Positions 1-13,300 of a DNA stretch of 64,000 nucleotides are shown one piece after another. The notes beneath the pieces were generated by a model. The model saw nothing but the letters and a program-made list of their open reading frames with translations. It ran no database searches and was not told where the DNA came from. The stretch is taken from positions 80,600,001 through 80,664,000 of the forward strand of contig OX597822.1 of assembly GCA_951406725.2 (NCBI GenBank), read 5' to 3'. Numbering within the stretch: position 1 is the first letter of the stretch; every line of letters begins with the position of its first letter. The stretch comes from Octopus vulgaris. Taxonomy: Eukaryota. A program made the position numbers and the translations under genes.

Positions 1-65
1 TTCTGAATTCTCTAAGAAAAGACAATGACCTCTTTTTACGTACACAGGATGGTCTTCGATACATT

Positions 66-490
66 TAGCCTCCAAGTACTTGTCTGAAAATCCTCGCTGC
101 CCACCATAAAGCCCTTTTAAGAACATGGAAAGCCATGTTGTCAATCCTAGGTTCTCCAAGAAATTTCCCAGACCTGATTGTTAATACTCTCAAAGCCCCT
201 ACAACGACATTGATAAAAGTTACTCTCTTCATTGTCCACAGTCATGAAATCACATTTTATAGCGGTTTTTAATTATCAGTCTTTTCTGGTTCTTTGTCAT
301 TCATTCGTACATCCCTGGGTATGGCAATATTTGTGATCTTGGTTTCCCTTCATTTCATGAAGCATTTCCACTCATTATTCTCGCCTTCTGCTTTATACTC
401 GTACCATTTCAATGACCTTTCAAGATCATACACCTCACACAATATCCAATGAAACTACTCAGCTACATTATCATGCCACCTTTTATATTC
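66..490 (-). mobile_element. Dong/R4-clade non-LTR retrotransposon 3' remnant (restriction-like endonuclease region), pseudogenised
   Basis: Minus-strand translation gives EYKRWHDNVAE*FHWILCEVYDLERSLKWYEYK ... NIAIPRD ... WTMKRVTFINVVVGAL ... AARIFRQVLGG*. This matches the RHD/HW/WY, D-ia-iP-D and vvGAlG motifs of R4/Dong C-termini. Confidence 0.8.
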
Positions 491-856
491 CTTTAGATTT
501 GCTGCTTTCTAGTGTGTTCATCAAAAGTCGGACGAGTGTGGCACGACTGGCAAAATAGAATGGATCTAATTTGTGTATGTTATTCTTAGCAGGTGGAAAG
601 AAACTTGATAATGGAACTTCCCATGCCTTAGAAATGATAGAGAAAACCGCAATTTTTACGGGGTACTTACCCTCAATTACCCTAAATGAATTGCCGTGCT
701 ATTAGAAAATGTATTTATATATTTCCTATCCTTTGTTATATCGTTCAATATTATAGTGCTTCCCTTTCATAGATGGAAACCCTATCTTATTTGTGTGCTT
801 CATTTCGTCCTTTGATATTGTCCATCATGTCTTGGGTCCTATTGGCCAATAAAATA

Positions 857-919
<63 letters not shown>

Positions 920-2091
920 CATCATTGTTATTGTTGTTGCTCTTGTTGTTGTTGTTGTTGTTGTTGTTACCATAAATGATTGTATATCTTTCTCTACTGA
1001 AATGTCTTTATACTTCGTTAACGCTTGGAACTCCAATTTGTTGAGTGCTTTAAACAAACGGTCGTATATTTCTGTATCGTGTCTTGTAAACAAACCACAG
1101 AAAACTGTTAGTGTTACTTTTCCGGTTTTGCTTTGTTTTGTTTTGTTTTGTTTTTCCTTGTTTTTTTATATTTTTTGGTGGAGAGTATATATTTTGACCA
1201 GAAAATAATTTGTTTCTATTCAGTAAAAAAAATGGCCACGAGAAATGGAGACAATGCGCTGCCATATGTATATTTTGTAAATGAAAACAAATACATAAAG
1301 AAACAAACAGCAAAAACAATAAACAAACATACTTTACCGCAAGACATTTCAAAGAAAAGTTGATGTGTTTTTATGTGGACAACAACGCTAGCATGATCGA
1401 TACCATCAGGAATACTGACAACAGGAAAAACCTAAAAAACAAAGAAACACATTGATATATATATATTTGGTAAAATAAATTAGTGTAAATGGTGTTCGTA
1501 GAAATGAAAGCAGTTTTGCAAACATTACTAGCCATAGGCGGCATATTTGTTTGCATGGAACGAATACAGAGAGAGAAGGAGCCACAGTAACAATGCATCA
1601 CAAAAGAGTATGCGTTAAGTATGACGTTACCCAACAAAGTACATGAGACATTGAATTCTCGATAAATTTAAGGGGTACTCAGTGTGTCCCTAAACATTTC
1701 AGAAAGAGACTTTCTTTGATACATAGAACGAAATGAGTGTCATTAAGTGCAGTGAGATGTATGGGAATGTCTGATTTGAATTCGAGACCTAATGCAACTC
1801 GAAGCGATACAAGGTGAATCGAAAGGCCATGTTAGCGCACCATATCGTTATAGACTCATCCATATACATGAGGCAGAAAGGAAAGGAGCAAAATTTTTCT
1901 CAATTGTAAATTTAAATCTTTATACTCTCTACCGCTTTTGATTGTTCACGAATACATCAAGCTATTCTTGAATAAAGGAGACGGAAACAAATTCAAAAAT
2001 TATCTCAAAAATATTGTAACACACACACACACAAACATACACACACATATATAATCCTTTGAGGGGATTCATGAATATTTTAATGCGTCTT

Positions 2092-2324
2092 TACACGCGT
2101 TTCTATAAATCCCATGTCACTTAAGATCACATTCCGTATTCCGGGGTTGATTACAGTCTAGTATTTAGCATCGGGTAGATTATCCTTATGGATGCCATGT
2201 CTCCTGGAGAAATGAATCCACGAAGATATACTCAATGCCCACGGATTCTACAGACTACAGTGTAATCATCCCAGGAATACGGAAGGGGATCTTAAGTGAC
2301 ATGTAATCTGTGGAAACGCGCGTA
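2092..2324. repeat. Fold-back inverted repeat (~70 bp arms) ending in a hammerhead 3' half
   Basis: tacacgcgtttct...catgtcacttaagatc...ttccgtattcc is mirrored by ggaatacggaa...gatcttaagtgacatg...ggaaacgcgcgta. The right arm ends GAAA-CGCGCG-TA. Confidence 0.8.
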
Positions 2325-2344
2325 GCGATCCATAGGTAGATACT

Positions 2345-2374
2345 ATCATCATCATTCTCGTCGTCATGCCTGTC

Positions 2375-2405
<31 letters not shown>

Positions 2406-2582
2406 CCATCATCATCAACATCAACATCATCATCATCAACATCATCAACATCCTCATCACCATCATCATCATAATAATAATCCTCATCATCATTATCATC
2501 ACCACCACAACCACTATCACCACCACCATCATCATCATCATTATCACCACCACCATCACCATCATCATCATCATCATCATTA
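2345..2582. repeat. (ATC/ACC)n microsatellite
   Basis: Directly visible. Confidence 0.95.
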
Positions 2583-3510
2583 TTCAGTTTTTTGTTAAAA
2601 GATGAAGAATGTTTGCATCTTAAAAAGATGTGTTATAAAACAGTGGGAGTTTAACACCTGATATTAAAAAAAGTGGGGAAGGGGAGAGAGAGAAAACTCT
2701 TATATGAATGCAGTAACAAATATATTAGAATAAATATTTAACATTACACTTTGACTAACTTCACTCTATAATGTTACAACCATACATCAAATGCCGCCCT
2801 TCAACGGTCTTTGTTGAACAGTTCTTTCACCGCATGAAACCCGTGCGTATTTGATAGATTTGCATTCATATTATAACCGAGATTATAGAGTTAGCATTTT
2901 TAGCATAGTGGGGCGTAATTCAAAGTAACAAAATATGTAAATTGCGAATGGAAATCTTTACGGTTACACACTGATATTATTGCCTCGATATACGCAAAAA
3001 CACGCTCACACAAATATAAGATATATATTAACAAAAGAGGCATGACATGTACGCAGTAATAATAGTAAGATGATAAAAGCAAAATTATGGTAAAATATTT
3101 TTTTGAAAAATGCATAATAAATATAAAATACGAAGTTCTAAAGATTATAAAAGTTATTACTAAACAAAGTACGAAGTGAACACCTCTTAAGCATTGTGTA
3201 CGGATGTTCGTTTGAATAGAGAGATGGGGAATGGGTGAAGGTGTTTTTGATATGCAGAATGTGTATGGCGGTGTATGCAGATATTCGTATACGCATATGC
3301 CTGTGTATATGTGCATACATATATATATATATATATATCAGTATATGTGTGTGCATGTATGTGTGTGTGTTTAAACGTGTATATATTTTCAGATATAGAG
3401 CCCGGTGCGTTCATATATGAGAATATATATGTATGTGAATATGTATGTATTTGTATGAATATGTATGAATTTCTGAGAACAAACATACACATCACGCACA
3501 CACACTTATC

Positions 3511-3638
3511 ATTAATATTTAGCAGAAGTAACAGAGTAACACAAGGTTTCAGAGCATTTCGTGCGTTGGTACTTATTGGCGCCAACGCACGAAACTCACG
3601 GACCTTGAGTCACTCTTTTCGTTCTGCTAAATATTAAT
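3511..3638. repeat. Fold-back inverted repeat (~58 bp arms)
   Basis: attaatatttagcagaa...tttcgtgcgttgg / ccaacgcacgaaa...ttctgctaaatattaat. Confidence 0.8.
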
Positions 3639-3742
3639 AAAAATATACATATACTCATATAGTGAGTTCTAGTTTTCCTGCTTGCATCAACATACCTGTG
3701 AGTGTGCGTGTATGTGTGAGTATAAATATACATTTAAACACG

Positions 3743-3775
<33 letters not shown>

Positions 3776-3808
3776 ATACGTTATAAATATATATATATAT
3801 ATCTTTCA

Positions 3809-3936
3809 GTGTGAATGGTTTTGTTAAGCGGTGTTGAATTTTACAATTCTGTTAACAATAATAATGGTATTGTTTTATAAGCTTAAAGCTTATAGCCATC
3901 ACCGTGCAAATGACTAAGGAAAATAGTCTAATATTG
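3809..3936 (+). repeat. Dispersed repeat shared with 54104-54225 and (inverted) 54388-54453
   Basis: gtgtgaatggttttgtta...acaattctgt...aaagcttatagc...aaaatagtcta is present at both direct loci. Confidence 0.8.
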
Positions 3937-4739
3937 GGGCGAATAAGCGCTGGATAGAAGAAATATATATCTATACTCACACACACACACACATACACAC
4001 ACACACGTACACACATATTCATGTATTAAGAAAAATGTGGTAGTCAGAATTTTGGATAATCATTTATTTAGCATTTTTATTTCGATTTTTACCATCAGTT
4101 ATGATTTCAATGGCTTTATTAATCATGAGCCTTTTTTTGAGAATATCCAGATGATCAACAATGAATTTTAAGTGGATGCCCCCAGTGACTTCAAAAAAGA
4201 AGCATTCCAATAAATTGACAAAAAAACTTGAACGTGATCCCGGCCACAATGTACATACTCACGAGTCTTTTGCAATGATTGAGCGGACTCTCATTTCCAG
4301 CTATTTATTCCGGTGTGGACCATGCTGAATCTATCCGCTTTGGCTTTATTTCCCTCATATCAAAGGTGGATTCCACAGGGGCAGATGACCGACTTCAGAC
4401 GATAACCTTCAGAGAAAACGAAGAAAAATTCACTATGAGAACTACAACAACACGCGTAAAATTGTGTTAGAGGAGACGTTACAAAGTTAGAAAATATTAG
4501 GAGTGGTTTATCAATGAGAGACGTCTTGATTAAAGTGTAATTAAAGCAAATTTGTTTTTCTTCCTAATGAACAAAACTCGTATATAAGTGTGCATACATG
4601 TACATCTGTGTGTGTCTGAGTTAGTGTAAATATACACACGCACACATACATACACATATACATATATATATTGTATAGTTTGCACGTGTGTCTGGTGCTT
4701 TGATGATTCTGGCATTGAACCGGTACAACCAATAACAGT

Positions 4740-4755
4740 AATAATGATGATGATG

Positions 4756-4827
<72 letters not shown>

Positions 4828-5012
4828 TTAATGAAAAGAAGAAGAGGAAGAAAAAGAAGGAGAGGAAGAAAAAGAAAAAGAGGAAGAAAAAGAAGAAGAG
4901 GAAGAAAAAGAAGAAGAGGAAGAAAAAGAAGAAGAAGAAGAAGAAGAAGAAGAAGAAGAAGAAGAAGAAGAAGAAGAAGAAGAAGAAGAAGAAGAGAAGA
5001 AGAAGAAGAAGA
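4740..5012. repeat. Compound (AAT)n / (AAG)n microsatellite with an 18-bp higher-order unit
   Basis: Directly visible; aaaagaagaagaggaaga repeated about 5 times. Confidence 0.95.
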
Positions 5013-5289
5013 TATAATATTTATATGATATTTACAACAAGCAGACATTTTATTCTTTAATGATGAAAGATCTCGTTGAAATGTAAACATTCACACTAGA
5101 AATTGAAGCAAAGAATCATGGAAGACATCACTAATAAACAGTGTATTTCTAATATAATCATAAAGAAGTGTGAAAAATTTCATTGCAGACTAACAGGTGG
5201 TAGAGAAGGCTGGTGGGTAAAACATGGAATGGCAAGTAGGTGACAAGGAGAAGTGAAATTCTCAGACAAAAACCATGACGAAAGTGAAG

Positions 5290-5329
5290 AGATGGTGGCG
5301 AGAGGGGAGAAACACAGACACAAACAACA

Positions 5330-5405
<76 letters not shown>

Positions 5406-5557
5406 ATGGACTTCTTTCAGTTTCCGTCTACAAAATTCACCCACAAGGCTTTGGTAGACCCGCGGCTATAGTAGAAGTCACATGCCCAAGGTGCCACGCA
5501 GGGAGGAAGAAACCGGAAACATGCTGTTGGGAAGCAAGCTTCTTAAAACACAGCCAG
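5290..5557 (-). mobile_element. tRNA-derived SINE, family A (internal microsatellite)
   Basis: Reverse complement contains tggctgtg...aagcttgcttccc...ttgggcatgtg-cttctactatagcc...gacggaaactgaaagaag, as in the copies at 34733, 45011 and 53797. Confidence 0.8.
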
Positions 5558-5699
5558 CAAACCTTTACATTTTAGTAGAATAGATACTGAAAAGATTTTG
5601 TAAGTATTTGCCCCAGTTGTCAATTACAATGACGCAGTAGAAGAATTTTTCAAGACCCAGGAAAGCAGCCAGTGAGCGAAAGAAATATGACATACATCC

Positions 5700-8180
5700 G
5701 GGTAACTAGAATATAATGTTTGTTTTAGACGTTCATAGTATTTAGACAAAAATTCTCGGTAAATATGGTTAAAACAATACTAATACAAGGTTCTATGATT
5801 ATTAGAGTATAATGGAATACAAAGCAATTTCAAACAAATATCAATAGAAAAGGCCAAGAACGAGAACAAGGTATCCACTCGGAGGATTTAATAACCAGGC
5901 AGATTTTATCACCATCTCTATAGTATATCAATAGTGGATAGATTGAGCTAAATCTTGAGCATTTTACTTGTAGATATAGGCAGTGCTCCCTAACTGGTAA
6001 TAATGGTCGGAGAAATCAAGATGAAATCTGCTAAGAAGAGCCTTAGATATAACAGAGAAATTTGAACCCGAGAACAGAAGAAAAATATTCAAAACTTTGT
6101 TATTATTTGCATTTTTCAATGATATGTTAGATACACGTTTTCAACATGGAACAGGAGTGTTTCGTGAAATAATAACAGCTACAGAATTATTTTTTAAAAT
6201 TAAGATTTTTGAATAATCTTTGATGCAATAATAGACTTGAAATACAAACAGTATTAAAACGAAATAGGGGAAATGTAATAGAGATTGACTATATAAATGT
6301 AAATAAGGAAATTCAGTGTAGCAAAAGATGTAAAAAAATGTGAAGACGAAGAACGAAAAATTCATATGGAAATAAATCAAGAAAATCTATGAATATTTTA
6401 AGCAACGAACGGTTAGATAAATATTAATTTGTTGATGATAAATATGGTAAGCTTCAAACTAGAGGAAATGAAGTAACAGATGAAACATTACAGCCAAGAA
6501 TCAGAAGTAGGCGGTAACATGTTACAACAATTAAGAAATGAAATACATTTTGATGTTTTTGAGAAATGAAAAAAATAGTTTTAAAAGAAGTAGCACATGC
6601 ACTAAGAAAAGTTAAAGCATAACAAATCACCAGGAACAGATAAAATTAATGTAGAACTTAAAACAGAGAGATGAATGTGAAACTGAGTTTCTTTGTGAAG
6701 GACATTATAATTATATTCGTAATGAAGAATGGCGCTGAAAATGAACATAATCAATACTTATACAACTGCCACAGACGGGAAAGAGCAAAACAAAATGCGA
6801 AACAACAGCATGCTCAGTTTAATTAGTTCTCCAAGCAATCTCTCCGCTCTATGATTTAATTGTACGTTACAAAAAATATTTAGTGAAAGACAGATTGGGT
6901 TTCACGAAGGAAGAAATACTGTTGGCTAAAGACTAGTTTAGTATTTTAGTACAACTTCGTTCACTTCCAATATTTTCTTGGCTATGTCTGTTATGAGAGA
7001 CGACTATTGGCTCATGTAAGTAAACGTCAACCTCATAAGGAAATGCAGCAGAGTAAATGTTATAAAGTCATTAAATGAACAAGGCAAATGTTTCTTTTCG
7101 CTTGGAAATTAAAGATGCGATACGTTTAAAACAATATTTGCTATTAAGAGAAATGTATATTGTTTTTTACTGGGCTTCTTTAGCCCCTCCCCTAGATTCC
7201 ATAAGGACGGTAAAACCCTTGAATATTCTTAATGATGTAAGAAAGGAAGACGTAAAATGGTCACACAACTGATTTACCAACGAAATTCGTTCAATAGGAC
7301 ATATTGGAAAAGAGCTAAGAAATATGAGAACATGAAGCAGTACAACTCCAAGAATGGACAACACGTATGCTTCAACGGGGTACTCAATCATCTAAAAATA
7401 ATAGTTAATTCTCCTTGAAACTATATCCATTGAAAAAAAAAAGAATACTTTCGACAATGTATTGTCCAATATATTCTCAACAAAAGAACGCAATGAATAT
7501 GGTTTAAATTCTTTTAGACAATATACGATATATATCTAGTCAATTAAAACAGCTGTGAACCGAATGAACAACCCTTTCCAGAAGTTGTTGATGGAAACAC
7601 ATGTTGCATGTAAAGCAAAATACTGATAACTGGTAGGAATATAGAGAAAATATACAATCAAGCAAAAATAGCGAAGCGGAAAGGCAAACAATTTAATAAT
7701 TTAAACCATTTGGGAAGAACAGTAAATGTGAATTCAGCAAGATTAGACCCTAGTTTGAAAATGTTAAATTATTTTTATAACAAAAATTGCTTAAAAGTGC
7801 AAACAACTGAAATCATGGACGGTACATATTGACAATAAGAAAAGAAATAATGGAATTTTATATGAAATTATGTAGCAAGGTACTCCACATTGCATGTACA
7901 GAATATTAAACTTAGGAAAGTATTAGGTGATATATTGTTGGGAAAGATACGAAACCAAAGACTTGTAATTTGAAACAAAACAATGACCGCAAAAACGGAA
8001 CCGGATATTGTTATGCATGTACTAATCTCCTGCCAAGTGTTGAATAGGAAGACCACAATGTGAGTCATTCAGAAATATCAATGAATAGATGTGGAGATCA
8101 GATGGTAGAAAAGATGGAGTTGGTGATGAGGGAAGAAATAGAAAAATGTTGGTTATATTATGTATTATGTATCTCTAATA
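5700..8180 (+). mobile_element. Highly decayed RTE-clade LINE (endonuclease through post-RT remnants)
   Basis: Fragments EVAHALRK...KSPGTDKINVEL (~6587-6660), an LSLISSPS block (~6810-6840), QIGFHEGRNT (~6890-6922) and an RKCW-like C-terminal block (~8140); many stops and frameshifts. Confidence 0.7.
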
Positions 8181-8287
8181 ATCTGGGCTTTACAGTTCAG
8201 TACACACACACATACGTGTGCACGCACACAAACACACACTCATACACATATGCACATATACACATGCAGTTATATATACATATTTAT

Positions 8288-8370
<83 letters not shown>

Positions 8371-8371
8371 C

Positions 8372-8402
<31 letters not shown>

Positions 8403-9270
8403 GTTATATAGCTATATAGTTATATATAGTTATATAGTTAGATCTGCACGCGTGCGTGTGCAAGCAGGTGCTTTGCACGTATGTCTGGATGTTTGTGTAT
8501 ATATGTTTGTGTGCATGTGTATGTGTGTGTGTGTGGCGGGGTGTGCACTACTACAAACCTGTACGTCAGTCTCAGGTATAATTGAATGTTTAAGCTAAAC
8601 CTGTTACACATTTCTGTTTACTATCTTGAAAAGAAAATTGATAGATATTTAATTCCACCTTTTTTCGAGTAGAACTAGGATTTTACTGTCACAAACATTC
8701 AAATATGAAACTGAAATTTAATTTCCCCGTTCTGGCAATTTTTTTTTTTGTAATTTGTAATTAATTTTGATATAACTCTCCATAGTAGAAACGAAATATA
8801 TAGATGCGAGACGATATGACAGCACTTTTCAGTGCTAAACGCGAGTTACTCACGTAACCTTGACTTTTTCTATTCAAAACGTTTTTTACCGCAATATTTA
8901 CGCACTTTTATTTGTAGATTTACCCGCTTCTCATTTCACGTTTTAAAACTATTTAACTCCACGTTTCTAATCTCCTATAACATAAACAACATATAGTTTC
9001 TGACTGCTAAGAACAGAACTGTTAACGTGTATAAGTTCGTAGGATTGCTTCCGTCCTACGGTAGAACGTCTGTCATATTTGCAGAGAGTGTGCGTTCGGA
9101 CACAAATATTTTAACAGAGCAAGAAGATGGAAGAAATCCATGTTGTCGCTATTGCAGCTAAGAATAGACTACACTTCCAAGAATGGCACGAAGCCTACTT
9201 GGGTCATAGCTTGTAAGGGATTGTGGTTTATTTCTAATTTATATGTCTTTTTATCAGCTACTACATCTAC

Positions 9271-9608
9271 ATGGCTCAGTGGTTAGAGCGTCGAGCTTAC
9301 GATTGTGAGGTTGTGAGCTCGAATCCCGGACCGGGCTGCATGTTGTGTTCTTGAGCAAGACACTTTATTTCACATTGCTCCAGTTCACTCAGCTGTAGAA
9401 ATGGGTTGCGACGTCACAGGTGCCAAGCTGTATCGACCTTTGTCTTTCCCTTGGATAACACTGGTGGCGTGGAGAGGGAAGACCGGTATGCATGGGCGAC
9501 TACTGGTCTTCCATAAAAACAACCTTGCCCAGACTTGTGCCTCAGAGGGTAACTCTCTAGGTGCAAACCCATGGTCACTCATGACCGAAGGGGGTCTTTA
9601 CCCTTTAC
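9271..9608 (+). mobile_element. tRNA-derived SINE, family B
   Basis: A box TGGCTCAGTGG and B-box-like GCTCGAATCCC, followed by ttgtgttcttgagcaagacacttta core; related to 13030-13262 and 21771-22100. Confidence 0.85.
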
Positions 9609-9836
9609 ATCTAAGACTAAAGGACTGTGTCTATTTAGAATAAAGGACAAGAGTGAGTTGACAGCTCATATCTAGGCAGGCATTGTACTGCATCGCTCCT
9701 TGATATCTTGTTGCTTATTTTGAGTTTACTCAACCTTACTTCGAGCAGTGCGGAGAATACCGGACTGACTTGCTGCTTCAACGTAAGTACCTAATTCAAT
9801 TGAATCTCAATTATATATATATATCAATCGATCTAC

Positions 9837-9912
<76 letters not shown>

Positions 9913-10002
9913 CTATATAATTATATATATATATACATATACATATATATATATATACACACACACACACATATATATATATACATATATATATACATAC
10001 AT

Positions 10003-10042
<40 letters not shown>

Positions 10043-10823
10043 GCGCACACAATATAGAATATTTAATCTAATGTATGCATCAGATTATATCAGCGTGTAT
10101 TTTTGTATGCTAGTGTACGTCAAAGAAAAATGGGGAAAGGAAGAAAAAATGAAAAGCGAGTGCGCTTTAGTGTCAATGAAGGCTCTGATCTGTATTGCTG
10201 CTGACATGATAGAAACGGTGTGCATCCTTTTTTTCTCTTGACAATAGTGCCACGATAATCTGATGGCCTTCAGTATTCTACTGAAACCAGACCATCAATT
10301 ATTTTAATGCAGCTTGAAATTGGTTCCGGAACTTCAAAATGATTATAGGTTTTCATGTGACATGAGCATTACGTGTTGAAATCATCACGCACAGCCCATT
10401 CACTGATAGATCTATATCTTATTAACTCTGAGCATAAGGATCTGTTCAACATCACGAGAAGTATAACTATCTCCTCACATCTATGTCTATCAGTCTTTCT
10501 TTATATGTATCGGTCTCTCTCATTCTCTTTATATATACATACACACACACACGCACGCACACACACACACTCACACACACACGCGCGCGCGCACACACAT
10601 ATATATTTGCCTCTCTGTGTGTCTGGCTGCCTATCTTTGAATCTATATATCTTTCCCTCTATCTGTTTTCCCTGCTTCCATTTCCTGAGCGCCTATTAAT
10701 AATAATACTGTAATTGTTCCATTGTTGTTGTGTTTTTTTGTTTCCCGTTTGGATTAAAATTATATATATACATATACTTTTGCAAAGGGAAGTCATCTTT
10801 CCAATCTCCAGCCTGACGTGATA

Positions 10824-10868
10824 CACGCGGACCCGATTTTCTTGACATTAAACCGTCATCAGCGTGTG
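10824..10868 (-). ncRNA. Type I hammerhead ribozyme, decayed copy of the 47756 family
   Basis: Minus strand reads cacacg CTGATGA cggtttaatgtcaa GAAA atcggg TC cgcgtg. The downstream gatgacttccctttgcaaa is shared with the 47756 locus. Confidence 0.75.
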
Positions 10869-12512
10869 ACAACCACTGATTTCTTTATTATGATAATGAA
10901 TATCTATTACAAAGAAGGACAATACAGGTCGTTACAAACATAAATGTGCTAATTGGCCTTATAATTAAAAATTCGATGAATCATATATATATATATATAT
11001 GTATATATATAAATTGAAAATTTTCACAAACTTATTTTCGCAAACTATGACCGGAAAGTCGGCGACTACACCTTGCTTTTAGCATGTTTGGAATTAAGTA
11101 GGGACTGTCACTCCCAATTTCCACAGGACATCCTTCCATCTTTTCTCATATATACTTCGCGGCAGGTGTCTTTTCTCTAGCCTTATCTTGCTCTTCAGAA
11201 TGTACCTGAAGTAGAATAGAAATCAGTACCGAAGACGAAGTATCCTGTCACGATTCATTGAACTTTGGTTCTCCATGCACACTCTTTCATTACTGTGACC
11301 GTACACAGAAAACATGCCTCACCTTCCTTTGATGGTCCGGTTGGTGATAAAATCTTTATCACAGATTCAGTTGATAGCCCTAATCTTCCCAATTTATATT
11401 GGCTACTCAAGAGTCGGAGGCAAAACAAACCTCTTTCGAGAAGGAAAAACAAGAAACATTGTTTACAACGAGGTGTTATAATCACAACAGCAACAACGTA
11501 GGTACGTGATCACCTTTTCTTCATCAAATCTGATATACTATTATGTATATAACTATATATTAAGAAATTTATTTATGATAATTATTGTCGCATTTACCTT
11601 TAATTTACCATTTTATAGAGATAATCTTTCTATAGAAAAATATAGTTGATTACAGTTTATATGACCACCAAAATGACGACGACGACAACGTCACATTTCT
11701 TATATGAGTGTGTATAAATGAGTATGTGTGTGAGTGTATGAATGTGTATATCTGTCAGTATGTGTGTGTTTCCGTGTTCGACGGCAACGTCACATTTGGT
11801 ATATGAGTGTCTACGTGTCTGTGACTGTATGTGTGTGAATCTTTCAGTGTGTAAACAATATAACATTTCAGAAACATAACCTCTATAGTCAACTATTGTA
11901 CAGAACATTTTATATGAGAGTGTATGGGGCTGTATGTGTATTTTCGCGTTTGATACGTACAAGATAGTAAAGGACATTTTATACCACGGTCCCTGTGACT
12001 GTGTGTGTGTTTCCGCGTTCGGTATATTATTAAACATACACACATCTACACATACGTATGTGATGACTGACATGCATGAATATATGTCTGTATGTGTCTC
12101 TCTTACTATATGTATATGATGGGCCAAAAACTTTTAGCTTCTTGCCTAATACGAACACGGAGCAATCCCTCACACTGGTTCTGGATTACGTGTCAAAAGT
12201 GTAACAACAACATCTGTACGTACATACATACATACATACATACATACATACATACATACATACATACATACATACATACATACATACATACACGCAGATA
12301 GTTGTGTGTGTATGCATTCGCATTTGAAACTTTTGAAGCGTGATGGAGATGAATTCGACTTTTGGCTTACCAGCCTTTGTCTGACCAAACTTCGAAATTA
12401 CTGTCACCTCTCCTCTTTTGAAAATTGTATATACATTGCACTACCAAAATTATTGAGTAATTCTTAAACATTGTTTTCAAATATATAACTTGATATCGCG
12501 ACAATCATTAAC

Positions 12513-12551
<39 letters not shown>

Positions 12552-12680
12552 CATTAAAAATTTAGATTCAGTTGAATATGGTACTTAAGTTAAAGGCACC
12601 AGAATTTAGTATGGTATTATCCATATAATTCAAAATAGGGTGATTACAATCAAAATAAGCAACAAGGATCTCCAGAGGTA

Positions 12681-12789
12681 ATGCAGTACGATCGTTTCAT
12701 GCGACTCCATTTAATTGAACAATGCAAAAAGTGATTTAATATTTGCATTGTTCAATTAAATGGGGTCGCATGAAACGATCGCACTGCAT
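12681..12789. repeat. Near-perfect hairpin (48-bp arms, 13-bp spacer) containing a hammerhead 3' half
   Basis: atgcagtacgatcgtttcatgcgactccatttaattgaacaatgcaaa and its reverse complement with 2 mismatches; GAAA-CGATCG-TA on the minus strand. Confidence 0.9.
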
Positions 12790-12795
12790 ATTTTG

Positions 12796-12861
<66 letters not shown>

Positions 12862-13029
12862 TACACACACAAATACTACCACATAGACATACATACATAC
12901 ACGCATACATACATATATATGTGTATATATATATACATAAACATACACACGTATGTATATGTATATATAAATTTAATATGATCACGTATGATATCAGATT
13001 ATCGGATGTTGTTATACCTCGCTTGTCAC

Positions 13030-13262
13030 AATGCATTGAGCGTCATTTTGAATTTTGAATGATGTCATTCCTCTGACTAGGCGAACAGACCAACATTGCA
13101 CCTGATAGAAGGACTAGTTCTTCGCTGGGTTACGCATCTACAGCTTAGGAGAGTGGACCAATGTGAAATGAAGTGTTTTGCTGAAGAACACAACGTGCCG
13201 CCACTCTGGGTATCGAAACCACGACCTTGAATGCAATACGCCAAGCCATTATCTGATGCGCC
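13030..13262 (-). mobile_element. tRNA-derived SINE, family B-like, decayed
   Basis: Reverse complement has ggtttcgataccc (B box) and ttgtgttcttcagcaaaacacttcatttcaca core. Confidence 0.7.

Positions 13263-13300
<38 letters not shown>

Noticed and set aside
975-1110. Possible minus-strand exon (TRHDTEIYDRLFKALNKLEFQ)
   Set aside because: Weak splice signals and no recognisable homology
4064-4260. WPGSRSS...LECFFF resembling the Tc1 WPxxSPDL motif
   Set aside because: Too degenerate, and no TIR found
9271-9345. tRNA gene
   Set aside because: A/B boxes run into a SINE body and no complete cloverleaf forms, so it is a SINE head
9670-9790. Possible exon ending at AAC|gtaagt
   Set aside because: Single donor-like site with no coding evidence or partner exons
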